Shown piece by piece: positions 1 through 8,730 of a stretch of 33,379 nt of DNA. Every line of letters starts with the position of its first letter. Position 1 is the stretch's first letter. The stretch lies in the IMG/VR virus record IMGVR_UViG_3300008255_001900, positions 1-33,379 of that record. One strand, given 5' to 3'. Source of the DNA: a virus. Its lineage: Duplodnaviria > Caudoviricetes. Below the pieces are notes generated by a model. That model had not been told where the DNA came from and did not search any database. It worked only from the letters and a program-made list of their open reading frames with translations. The translations under genes were made by a program, and so were the position numbers.

Positions 1-75
1 GGTGAGAAAATAGAATCCAATACCATAGTACTAACCGACTTCAAAAATGCAACAAAAAGTAAACAAGATATATAA
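1..75 (+). CDS. 3' end of probable terminase small subunit (partial)
   Basis: Frame 1 reads GEKIESNTIVLTDFKNATKSKQDI* and overlaps the TerL start. The GEKI motif and position fit a TerS C-terminus. Confidence 0.55.
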   Translation, partial: GEKIESNTIVLTDFKNATKSKQDI

Positions 76-1330
76 GTCTTTATTTACTAAAAACCCTCGT
101 TATGTAATTCTCTTAGGGGGCAGAGGAGCAGGTCGCTCTACTGTAGCCTCACAATACGCGAATGCTAAACTTATAGCCCCTGAATATTTTAGGTGTGCAA
201 TTATGCGCTATATATTGGGTGACATACGGAATTCAATATATAGAGAAATACTTGATAGAGCAGAAGAGAACAACATATACGATAAACTGAAAATAAATGA
301 TAGCACAATGACTATTGGGTATGGCGAAAATAGTGTCAACGCTGTTGGGTTTAGAAAGTCGAGTAGCGATCAAAAGTCAAAATTAAAGTCATTAGCAAAC
401 TACAATTGTGTCATGATAGAGGAAGCTGACGAGATACCAGAGGCCGACTTTATGCAACTTGACGACTCTTTAAGAACTATACGGGGTGATATTACTATAA
501 TCTTACTTCTTAATCCGCCCGCGAAGAACCATTGGATAATTCGTCGTTGGTTTGATTTGCTGCCGAGCAAAATTAAAGACTTTTATGTACCACAACTAAA
601 AAAAGAGGCTACTGATAGTCTATTTATACATTCCAACTACCATGATAATGAAGTAAATATAGCTTTCCCAAGTATTATCCAATACGAGAAATACAAAGAA
701 ACAAAACCAAATCACTATTTTAATATGATTATGGGGTTAGTACCAGAGACGGTACAAGGAAGGATCTACAACAACTGGCGAGTAATAGACGCCGTCCCAC
801 ACGAGGCACGACTTGAGCGTTTTGGTGGTGATTTTGGGTATAGTGTTGATCCTACCGTTATTGAGGGTATTTATTCATACAATGGCGGTATTGTTATAGA
901 CGAGATAACATACCAAAAAGGATTATCAAATAAGACGATAGCGGATATTCTTTTATCACAACCAGAGCGTGCGCTTGCCGTGTTCGATAGCTCTGAACCA
1001 AAGAGTATTGACGAGATAGCAAGCTATGGTGTGTCTATCGTTGGATCACAAAAGGGGCAGGGAAGTGTTAATCGGGGGATAGCATACGTCCAAAATCAAA
1101 AGATAAGTATAACGGCGAGAAGTAAAAAAACAATACTTGCTTATGAAAACTACGCGTGGAAAATAGATAAAAATGGCGATAATATCAACGTCCCTGACGA
1201 TACTATCCATGAGTGGAGCAACGCGTGTGATGCCATAAGATATGGGATGGAGAGCTTGCGCCCACGCGAAGAAGACGAACCTATCCCACAGGAGATATTA
1301 GTTGATCCCATTACGGGGCTCTATATATGA
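47..1330 (+). CDS. terL: Terminase large subunit, PBSX-like
   Basis: Walker A-like GGRGAGRS, Walker B MIEEADE, coupling motif LLNPP, nuclease motifs GGDFGYSVDP, FDSSEP and ACDAIRY. Confidence 0.95.
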   Translation: MQQKVNKIYKSLFTKNPRYVILLGGRGAGRSTVASQYANAKLIAPEYFRCAIMRYILGDIRNSIYREILDRAEENNIYDKLKINDSTMTIGYGENSVNAVGFRKSSSDQKSKLKSLANYNCVMIEEADEIPEADFMQLDDSLRTIRGDITIILLLNPPAKNHWIIRRWFDLLPSKIKDFYVPQLKKEATDSLFIHSNYHDNEVNIAFPSIIQYEKYKETKPNHYFNMIMGLVPETVQGRIYNNWRVIDAVPHEARLERFGGDFGYSVDPTVIEGIYSYNGGIVIDEITYQKGLSNKTIADILLSQPERALAVFDSSEPKSIDEIASYGVSIVGSQKGQGSVNRGIAYVQNQKISITARSKKTILAYENYAWKIDKNGDNINVPDDTIHEWSNACDAIRYGMESLRPREEDEPIPQEILVDPITGLYI

Positions 1331-1512
1331 TTATGGCACAACTCTATAGTCTTGATATTCAAGAGAGCAACAGGCAGCCACATATTGACATTGAACGTGA
1401 GGTATTAAATCATAAGGGGACACTATTGCATTTCGAAATACGATATAATAATGGCAAAATAGTAGATTTAGTTGTACGAGAATATGAAGAATACAAAACC
1501 AACAATCGGTAA
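1327..1512 (+). CDS. Small hypothetical protein
   Basis: ATGA overlap with the terL stop, 61 aa. Confidence 0.6.
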   Translation: MIMAQLYSLDIQESNRQPHIDIEREVLNHKGTLLHFEIRYNNGKIVDLVVREYEEYKTNNR

Positions 1513-1666
1513 TCCGAATAATTATCTGCACATGCTTGTTGAAAAAGAGGCGCGAACTATGCGATATGGTCAATCGTCTTTTACGGTTTTTATAGATTGG
1601 AAAGGTAGACCACTTATTCCATCGTTAAAAGTTACACGCGCTAAACGCACAAAATATGGTAAATAA
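1472..1666 (+). CDS. Small basic hypothetical protein (start may be 1483)
   Basis: Fills the gap in a tightly packed operon. Confidence 0.5.
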   Translation: MYENMKNTKPTIGNPNNYLHMLVEKEARTMRYGQSSFTVFIDWKGRPLIPSLKVTRAKRTKYGK

Positions 1667-1949
1667 ACATGATCAAGTCGTGTGTGAGGTTACAAATATT
1701 ATTCTGAATGACGGAGTCACTATCGTTCCTGGATATTGCGAAGTGACAGACGGAGTATTGACACGATACGACGCTAAGGGTGATCCAAACAACGTAATAG
1801 CACGTCAAAAACCATGGATATTACATAATAGGGTAGAGTACATGACTCCTGTTATCGCCAAGCCAAGATCAGAGAAAGAGCTACAGGGCAAGCATTTCAT
1901 AAGCGAGATAGCGCTAGAAAAATACCTCTTGCAAAAGACAAAAGAGTAG
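1656..1949 (+). CDS. Hypothetical protein
   Basis: 97-aa ORF in the operon. Confidence 0.6.
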   Translation: MVNKHDQVVCEVTNIILNDGVTIVPGYCEVTDGVLTRYDAKGDPNNVIARQKPWILHNRVEYMTPVIAKPRSEKELQGKHFISEIALEKYLLQKTKE

Positions 1950-1957
1950 TTTACTAT
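1929..1957 (+). promoter_or_regulatory. sigma70-type promoter upstream of portal
   Basis: TTGCAA-17 bp-TACTAT. Confidence 0.55.
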
Positions 1958-1995
1958 TAACGTAGTTAAGGCTTTGAGTACAGAGCAAGTACTTC

Positions 1996-2042
1996 AGCAC
2001 TCACTTATTCGTGTATGTACGATTAGGTTAGTGCTTTTTTTT
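1996..2042 (+). terminator. Intrinsic terminator-like hairpin just before portal ATG
   Basis: AGCACT/AGTGCT, ACTTA/TAGGT and TCGT/ACGA stems followed by a T run. Confidence 0.65.
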
Positions 2043-2050
2043 GTGCAAAA

Positions 2051-3850
2051 ATGAATTATTTACAGCAACAAATTAGGGATAGACACACAAGATCGAATGA
2101 ATATCTTGTACAAAAACGTATCCTATGGGATGAGGTAGAGGATATATTCTTTGGTAGGTTAGGGGATAATCTCTCACAAACAACAAAATCACGGGTATTC
2201 GATCATAAGATATCAACTATGATACTAGAGAGCGAGGCGAGGGTTATGGCGCAAATGGGAGTGGGTAAGGTTAAAGGAATAAGTAAGAACGATCTTGGGG
2301 GCGCGGCACTTATGAACCTCACGCTTGATAAATATATTATCCCCAACGCTAACGCGCAATTCCCGCTCCTTGTAAAACATAGAATAATGCATAGAAAAAG
2401 TAAGCTCTATGGTAACTCATTTGCGTTAGTGGATTGGGACGTGAAAGGTAATGGGTATGTGGGGCCCGACTTATGGTTACTTGATATTCGTAACGTATTC
2501 CCGCAGGTAGGCGCGGTATCACTAGATGACTCGGACCATATTATCATTCGTACCTATAAACCTATATCATTTTTTGAAGGATTGAAAAACGAAAGAGGGT
2601 ACAGAAATGTGGACAAGATAATCACACACCTGAAAAAGAAAGGGGGCAACAAAGGCTCACGAGACGACGAGCAAAAATCAACACGTGAAACAAGTCAATA
2701 CCCTGACCAAGTGGCTATGAAGGGTACGGGGTATCACGAAGTACTTATGCAATTTGAACGTGATAGATGGGTATTTACCGTTCCTGAGGTTGACTATGAG
2801 ATTTTAAGAGACGGCAAAAATCCAAATAAAGATAACGAGTTACCGATAGTGAATAAGTATGGTATTCCACTAGACGACGATTTTATGGCGCTGGGCGACG
2901 CGGAGCGTGGAAAGAGTATGCAATACGCCATTAACTCCTCATGGAATCTTGCACTAGATAGCGCGACTATGTCTCTGTTTCCTCCCGTTGTCATAAACCA
3001 AGACGCGATCATAAAATCAACTATTAAAAGGCAAGCTGGCGCGAACTGGTTAGTACGTGGAAATGTCGATAATGTGGCACGCGCGCTACAGCTTTCACCA
3101 CAGGGATTGCAAACTCACCAAGCTATCTATAACCTTGCTAATTCTTCACTCCTCAATATGTTTGGGACAACTGATACAAGCGTATCCGCTACCACTGATA
3201 ATTCGTTCGGGAAGACTCCAGAGGCGCTGAAACAACAGTCTGCCCGTGAGAACGCTCGTGACTCATGGGATAAGTTCTATGTTGACTTATATATAACACA
3301 GGTTAATAAGAAGTTCGTGAATATGTTGAGTAGCAAGCAGACGTCGCAAATACAAATCCGTATGTTCGAGAGCGAAATACAAAAGCTGGCCGCGCAATAC
3401 CCTGATATAGCGGAACTATATGACGAGAAAAGCGGGAATCTAAAGATACCAAAGAGTAAGACAGGTTCTACTCTCTATGACTATGAGTTAGTATCAGGCT
3501 CTAGTTTCGCGGTAGACCAACAAAAACAATTAGAGAACTTACAAGCTATATTCGCATGGTTAAGCAATCCACAAATTGGCCCGTATGTCGAACAACGACT
3601 GCAAAAAGAGGGCACAACGATAAACTTTACGCAACTTCTGACAGGGATAGTATCAAAGAATATCGATCATTGGGACGATATCATACAAACCCAAGACGCC
3701 AATACTCCTGGGGCACAAGAGGATCAGCAAATAATACAACAAGGTCAAGAACAACTTATGCGAATGATACAACAGGCGCAGGGTAATAATGACGTGACTC
3801 AAATACCGCCACAAGGAGGACAACAGCTACCAGTTGGACAGCCGCGGTGA
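2051..3850 (+). CDS. Portal protein (P22/podovirus-like)
   Basis: 599 aa after terminase, KTPEALKQQ-type motif, Q-rich C-terminal barrel tail. Confidence 0.88.
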   Translation: MNYLQQQIRDRHTRSNEYLVQKRILWDEVEDIFFGRLGDNLSQTTKSRVFDHKISTMILESEARVMAQMGVGKVKGISKNDLGGAALMNLTLDKYIIPNANAQFPLLVKHRIMHRKSKLYGNSFALVDWDVKGNGYVGPDLWLLDIRNVFPQVGAVSLDDSDHIIIRTYKPISFFEGLKNERGYRNVDKIITHLKKKGGNKGSRDDEQKSTRETSQYPDQVAMKGTGYHEVLMQFERDRWVFTVPEVDYEILRDGKNPNKDNELPIVNKYGIPLDDDFMALGDAERGKSMQYAINSSWNLALDSATMSLFPPVVINQDAIIKSTIKRQAGANWLVRGNVDNVARALQLSPQGLQTHQAIYNLANSSLLNMFGTTDTSVSATTDNSFGKTPEALKQQSARENARDSWDKFYVDLYITQVNKKFVNMLSSKQTSQIQIRMFESEIQKLAAQYPDIAELYDEKSGNLKIPKSKTGSTLYDYELVSGSSFAVDQQKQLENLQAIFAWLSNPQIGPYVEQRLQKEGTTINFTQLLTGIVSKNIDHWDDIIQTQDANTPGAQEDQQIIQQGQEQLMRMIQQAQGNNDVTQIPPQGGQQLPVGQPR

Positions 3851-4206
3851 AAGGCGCGCTAAGACCCGAGGCGTTAGGAGTAGTAGACGCGTGGCGGATA
3901 GATGAGGTATCAAAAAAAACTGGGGTAAACGTCGAAGACGAAACGTACGCGAACCTTGCCTCTCACGCGGGGTGGAAGCAACTGAAAGAGTTTATGGAAA
4001 GTATGAAAGATAGCCTCGATAGAAGGCTTTCACAATCGGTTTTAAGTGGACTAGACGCCGAGATAAGAAAGGACGCTCTTTTTTGTGTTCTAGGCAAAGA
4101 CCTGTTGAACTCAATTATTCACAGGGTAGAGGATTCACGTGAGGTAGTTGACCAAATAAATAATGAACGAGAACAACAAAGAAAAAAAGGAAACGGAGGT
4201 AGTTGA
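3847..4206 (+). CDS. Conserved post-portal small protein
   Basis: GTGA overlap. The LASHAGWKQLKE motif is typical of the small helical gene after podovirus portals. Confidence 0.7.
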   Translation: MKGALRPEALGVVDAWRIDEVSKKTGVNVEDETYANLASHAGWKQLKEFMESMKDSLDRRLSQSVLSGLDAEIRKDALFCVLGKDLLNSIIHRVEDSREVVDQINNEREQQRKKGNGGS

Positions 4207-4444
4207 GGATTATGGCGAGGTTATGCAAAAGGAGTATGAGTTTATCCCGAATGCTCTTTGTCATTATAAGCAGAGAGGAATATACCTTGTTTGCGTATCG
4301 TGTGAGTTACAACACGCGCTATTTATTGGGACGGATAGGTTCTATGTTGGTGACGACGAAAATGGAAGACCTATATTAGTAGAAAAAAAGGAATACTTAA
4401 AAAATGGATACGGTAAATATAAAAAAAAGGAAAAGTTATTTTAA
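4163..4444 (+). CDS. Hypothetical protein, possible Zn ligand set
   Basis: CHY...CVSC...H. Confidence 0.65.
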   Translation: MNENNKEKKETEVVEDYGEVMQKEYEFIPNALCHYKQRGIYLVCVSCELQHALFIGTDRFYVGDDENGRPILVEKKEYLKNGYGKYKKKEKLF

Positions 4445-4455
4445 TTTTAGCCTAA

Positions 4456-4549
4456 TGGTTAGAACGTTCTAGGGTGTTTGGTTACTAGGTAGCTCCTAGC
4501 AATCAGACGAATCTAGGTTCGTTAAACCTTGTTTATAAGTTCTAAACCA
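4456..4549 (+). promoter_or_regulatory. Structured RNA leader of scaffold gene
   Basis: Outer stem TGGTTAGAAC/GTTCTAAACCA encloses a long inner hairpin (TGTTTGGTT/AATCAGACG, CTAGG/CCTAG). It ends 7 nt before the ATG. Confidence 0.5.
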
Positions 4550-4556
4550 ATTTGTT

Positions 4557-5300
4557 ATGGATAAAGAACAAAAAAAGACGGTAAATGGCGGTGAGGAAGA
4601 CATCGTATTGGAGTCGTCAACTAATGAACCAAACCCACTAGAAGTTAGCGAGGATACGGTAAAACCAGAGAAAACTGATAAATCTACCGAGGAATCAAAA
4701 ACGGATGGCGGTAAGAAGTTTAGTGGGGCAGAGAAACGTATCCATGAGGTTGTTTCCGCAAAGAAACAGGCTGAAATGGAACGGGACGAGGCGAAACGAG
4801 AGGCAGAGTCATTGAGTCAAAAACTTAGAGAGTTGACTGGTGTCATAGATACACCAACGGGTATTTCCACAAGTCAACCGAGCCAAGATAATGGCGAGAG
4901 GGAATTGACTATCGATGATCTTCGTAGTATCGCACGCCTTGAGGTTGAGAAAGAGCGCACCGTAAACCGCATAAACGCGCAAGCGAGTGAGGCTATAAAA
5001 CTCAACCCAGAGTTGGATAAGGACTCTGCTATCTTTGATCCCGATATAAACGAAGCGGTTACGTCGGCAGTATTATTAGAGGTGCAGAAAGACCCGTCGA
5101 AAGACGTGCTCAAGCTAACCGAAAAATACATGAAACCATACCGCAAAGCTGCTGAAAGGGCAGTTGGGGATGAGAAAGCTACGCTTGCGAAACAAGTAAG
5201 CGAAACGGCTCTTAGACCTAACAATATAAAACCCGTTGACAAAGGATTTCAAGATAAGTCTATTGAAGAAATGGAACAGGTACTCGAAATGGTCAACTAA
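4557..5300 (+). CDS. Capsid scaffolding protein
   Basis: Acidic, disordered then coiled-coil (AEKRIHEVV...), directly before the capsid gene. Confidence 0.82.
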   Translation: MDKEQKKTVNGGEEDIVLESSTNEPNPLEVSEDTVKPEKTDKSTEESKTDGGKKFSGAEKRIHEVVSAKKQAEMERDEAKREAESLSQKLRELTGVIDTPTGISTSQPSQDNGERELTIDDLRSIARLEVEKERTVNRINAQASEAIKLNPELDKDSAIFDPDINEAVTSAVLLEVQKDPSKDVLKLTEKYMKPYRKAAERAVGDEKATLAKQVSETALRPNNIKPVDKGFQDKSIEEMEQVLEMVN

Positions 5301-5330
5301 TTCCATATCTTAAAGGGGATGAAATAAAAA

Positions 5331-6251
5331 ATGGCAGATCTAAATACGACAGCAACACTATCACCAGAAGTATCTGTGTATTACGAAAAGGTTTTCTTAA
5401 AGAGAGCCGAGTACGAGTTCGTAGCGTCAGAAGGAGGTCAGAAACGAACGCACTCAACGGGTGAAGGACGAACGGTTAATTTTACGAGGTACACACCTCT
5501 GGCGATTAACACGACTCCGCTTAGTGAAGGCTCAAACCCTTCCATAAGTAACATCACGGCAAGTACGGTTTCTATGACACTTTCTGAATACGGACAAACT
5601 ATTCAGACTTCAAAGTTCTTGACTCTTGTCGGTATCGACAGTGGTATGAAGGAAAAAATATCACTTGTTGGTCAGAATATGGGACAGTCACTGAATAGAC
5701 TCGTATTGAACGAACTGGGCAACGGTACTGCAGTTTTTGCGAACGGCAAAAATACCTCAACGTATGCAGCCTCCGATACCTTTGCTGCTTCAATGATTCG
5801 CGGGATCACGAGAACCCTCGAGTTAAACAGAGCACCAGCGTATCAGGACGGTTACTACATGGGGAAGGCGGCTATTCAGGCAAAGTATCAACTTTTGGGC
5901 GATCCTACGTGGATCAACGCTAAGATCTATTCCGATGTAAAAGACCTTTACAAAGGAGAAATGGGAGAACTGTATCAAGTGCGATGGCTCTTGAACAAAG
6001 ACTCTCTATCAGCAGTAGGCGCGGCGTCAGAAGCGTCAGTGGTTGCAGCCTTCAAGACATACGTACACGGCGCGGACGCATTCGGTGTCTTTGATCTTGA
6101 AGGTGACAAACCAAGACTTTATATTCTCCCAAACATAGTGGACGGAAGTTCACCAGCAGGACGAATATCTAAAGTATCGTGGGCAGGAAGTTACGCGACA
6201 AAGATACTCAATTCAGATTGGGTACTTGTTGTGTCGACACCCACATCGTGA
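5331..6251 (+). CDS. Major capsid protein, N4-gp56-like
   Basis: GRTVNFTRY, TTPLSEG..P, LSEYG and GEMGELYQVRW motifs, plus position. Confidence 0.92.
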   Translation: MADLNTTATLSPEVSVYYEKVFLKRAEYEFVASEGGQKRTHSTGEGRTVNFTRYTPLAINTTPLSEGSNPSISNITASTVSMTLSEYGQTIQTSKFLTLVGIDSGMKEKISLVGQNMGQSLNRLVLNELGNGTAVFANGKNTSTYAASDTFAASMIRGITRTLELNRAPAYQDGYYMGKAAIQAKYQLLGDPTWINAKIYSDVKDLYKGEMGELYQVRWLLNKDSLSAVGAASEASVVAAFKTYVHGADAFGVFDLEGDKPRLYILPNIVDGSSPAGRISKVSWAGSYATKILNSDWVLVVSTPTS

Positions 6252-6288
6252 TAATAGCGCCTAGCTATTGATAGGTGAGGGCAAGTAG

Positions 6289-6334
6289 GGTATACTGGAG
6301 AGATATGAGTGCACTTATATCTCCTCCAGTTACC
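6289..6334 (+). other. Long hairpin downstream of capsid gene
   Basis: GGTA/TACC, ACTGGAG/CTCCAGT and AGATATGAGT/ACTTATATCT stems, no U-tract. Confidence 0.6.
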
Positions 6335-6413
6335 AAGGAATGTTTATGGTGAGACGACAGAACGACTTGGATGGAAGTTTGTAAAAGTTGTCATTGTAAA
6401 TTAGACAAAAAAC

Positions 6414-6641
6414 ATGAGTACTGGACGAACAGACGACTTAATGGAGCTATCCCGAATGCTTGACCGTGAGCCGAATCCTGAAACAAGGCGTAATATTCGT
6501 CACACTATACAAAAGGTCAACAATGAGAATAGTAAGGTACGTTCTATGCGTGAGGCGTTAGTTAAAGCACACAGGAGTGGAGACGTGAATGAAATAAAAG
6601 ATATTCACTCATTCATTCGGGAAAAAAAGCAGTACGAGTGA
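6414..6641 (+). CDS. Small helical hypothetical protein
   Basis: 75-aa ORF with an A-rich leader. Confidence 0.7.
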   Translation: MSTGRTDDLMELSRMLDREPNPETRRNIRHTIQKVNNENSKVRSMREALVKAHRSGDVNEIKDIHSFIREKKQYE

Positions 6642-6646
6642 ATAAT

Positions 6647-6674
6647 TTGACACTCTAAATAGTTCTGCTATACT
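6647..6674 (+). promoter_or_regulatory. sigma70 promoter of glyco operon
   Basis: TTGACA-16 bp-TATACT with extended -10 TG, ATG 10 nt downstream. Confidence 0.7.
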
Positions 6675-6684
6675 AGGCATAGAA

Positions 6685-7461
6685 ATGAAAGCATTAGGTA
6701 CGGGTATCAAAGGTTTTTTAGGTTCAAATCTTGCTAAAAAGGTAAGTATTACTCCTATACCCCATAAGGATATTCTAACAACGAAACTTATGCCGTTTGA
6801 TGTTTTCTATTTTCTATCGTCTTATGGTAACTACTCACACCAGACAGAGGCAGATAAAATTATGAAAGCTAACATACTTGATCTTATTCACATAATAAAC
6901 CAAGCAGTACAAACAGATTTTCAATCGTTTGTATTTATCAGCACTTCGTCGGTAAAGCTATCAATTCAAACTATGTATAGTAGGGCAAAAAGGGCGGCGG
7001 AGGAAATACTTTTATCTTATATGGAGAAGTATAAAAAGCCTATTCTTATTATTCGTCCATTTACCATTTGTGGCGTTGGTGACGGTGAAAGACACTTAAT
7101 ACCAACTATAATACGTTCATGTTTACGTGGTGAAAAGATAGACTTCATACCAAATCCAACACATGACTACATAGACGTAGAGGACGTAGTAGACGGTATT
7201 CAAAGCCTTGTAGAACATGGCGTGAAAGGGATATTCGAGCTTGGAGTAGGTAAAACATATACGAACCTAGAAGTTTTACAGATAATTGAGGAAGTAACGG
7301 GTAAAAAGGCAAATGTCAATATAGTACAAAGTATGAGATCGTATGATAATGAAAGGTGGGTATCCACCAATTTCAAGGCTCGTGGATATGGTTGGTTACC
7401 TCGTGTTTCCTTAAAGCAATCTATTACAAATATGGTGGAGAATTATAAAAAGCATGCCTAG
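6685..7461 (+). CDS. NAD-dependent NDP-sugar epimerase/reductase (extended SDR)
   Basis: TGIKGFLG, FISTSSV, YSRAK (YxxxK), IRPFTICG, HDYIDVED. Confidence 0.92.
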   Translation: MKALGTGIKGFLGSNLAKKVSITPIPHKDILTTKLMPFDVFYFLSSYGNYSHQTEADKIMKANILDLIHIINQAVQTDFQSFVFISTSSVKLSIQTMYSRAKRAAEEILLSYMEKYKKPILIIRPFTICGVGDGERHLIPTIIRSCLRGEKIDFIPNPTHDYIDVEDVVDGIQSLVEHGVKGIFELGVGKTYTNLEVLQIIEEVTGKKANVNIVQSMRSYDNERWVSTNFKARGYGWLPRVSLKQSITNMVENYKKHA

Positions 7462-7489
7462 TGGTGTTTACAAGGAGACAACATGCTAA
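7454..7489 (+). pseudogene. Possible N-terminal remnant of HNH/NUMOD endonuclease
   Basis: MPSGVYKETTC* overlaps both neighbours. MPSGVYK resembles starts of phage NUMOD3-HNH genes (from recall). Confidence 0.35.
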
Positions 7490-8106
7490 ATCTACTAGAA
7501 CGTAGAATCATAGACATTTCCTATAAAAAAGGACTATCCCATATCGGTAGTTGCCTTTCATGCGTCAATACTATAGACAAAATATATTCTGTTAAAAAAC
7601 CAAATGAGCCTTTTATATTATCTAATGGTCATGCGGCACTCGCACTCTATGTAGTCTTAGAGAAGTACGAAGGGCACAACGCAGAGGAATTATTTGATAA
7701 ACATGGAGTACACCCCAATAGAGACGCACAGGATGGTATATGGGCTTCAACTGGTAGTTTAGGTCATGGAATAGGTATTGCAGTCGGCATGGCTCTTGCT
7801 GATAGAAAACAAATAGTAAACATAATGGGGAGTGACGGAGACGTAAATGAAGGAAGTTGGTATGAAGCTCTAAGAATTGCAGCTGATTTACGTCTCGAAA
7901 ATCTACGGATAGTAATTATTGCAAATGGCTATAGTGCATATGATGAAGTTGACCAAAGGGATGTAGATAATAGGCTCAATGTATTCTATCCAACACTAGT
8001 AATACGAACAAACATGTTCAAGTATCCTGATTTTTTGCAGGGACAGCAGGCGCATTACGTAATAATGAATAAAGAGCAGTACAAGGAGGTACTACATGAA
8101 GCCTAG
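7483..8106 (+). CDS. Transketolase-like ThDP enzyme, N-terminal (PP) subunit
   Basis: SHIGSCLS, FILSNGH, STGSLGHG, SDGDVNEG..YEA...N ThDP motif. Confidence 0.92.
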   Translation: MLNLLERRIIDISYKKGLSHIGSCLSCVNTIDKIYSVKKPNEPFILSNGHAALALYVVLEKYEGHNAEELFDKHGVHPNRDAQDGIWASTGSLGHGIGIAVGMALADRKQIVNIMGSDGDVNEGSWYEALRIAADLRLENLRIVIIANGYSAYDEVDQRDVDNRLNVFYPTLVIRTNMFKYPDFLQGQQAHYVIMNKEQYKEVLHEA

Positions 8107-8617
8107 TATACGGATAAAGAACTGGAAGCTGTTTGATACCATGCGCGGACATTTTACGTTTGAGTTGTATAAGGCTATGGCCAGCGACAGAAATATTTAT
8201 CTACTGTTGGGTGACTTGGGTTTTGGTGTATTTAATCAGCACCGTGAGGACTTTCCACAAAGAGTTATCAACTGCGGAGCTTCCGAGCAGGCTATGATGG
8301 ATATAGCAGTAGGTCTAGCATATGCAGGTAAAAAGCCTTTTGTGTACTCAATAACTAATTTTCTTTTGTATCGTCCGTTTGAAACACTGCGTACGTATAT
8401 TAACCATGAGAAGTTATCTGTCAGGTTGATCGGCAGTGGGCGGGATTTTGATTATGAAAAAGATGGTTGGTCACACCATTCTCCTGATGCAAAGAAGATT
8501 TTGAGAACATTACCCAATATAGTTACATATTGGCCAAAGGACAAGAGCGAAATTCCATTATTAGTTGACAAGATGGTAAGCGAAGAAAAACCGTCTTTCA
8601 TCAGCCTTAGAAGATGA
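8096..8617 (+). CDS. Transketolase-like ThDP enzyme, pyrimidine-binding subunit (short, start may be 8141)
   Basis: GDLG, NCGASEQAM...AVGLA, RPFE, GWSHH. It lacks the C-terminal domain. Confidence 0.9.
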   Translation: MKPSIRIKNWKLFDTMRGHFTFELYKAMASDRNIYLLLGDLGFGVFNQHREDFPQRVINCGASEQAMMDIAVGLAYAGKKPFVYSITNFLLYRPFETLRTYINHEKLSVRLIGSGRDFDYEKDGWSHHSPDAKKILRTLPNIVTYWPKDKSEIPLLVDKMVSEEKPSFISLRR

Positions 8618-8730
8618 ATACTGGAAGAACGCATTGGAAAAAGGGGCATAGGCCGTGGAACTACGGTTTAACATGTTGCTTATGACAAGAAGAATATAGA
8701 TATTAAAAATTATTTAGTTAATCATGCTTA
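8614..8730 (+). pseudogene. Internally deleted HNH/NUMOD3 endonuclease remnant
   Basis: MNTGRTHWKKGHRPWNYG (8614-8685), then HVAYDKKN... in another frame up to the next gene. Confidence 0.55.
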
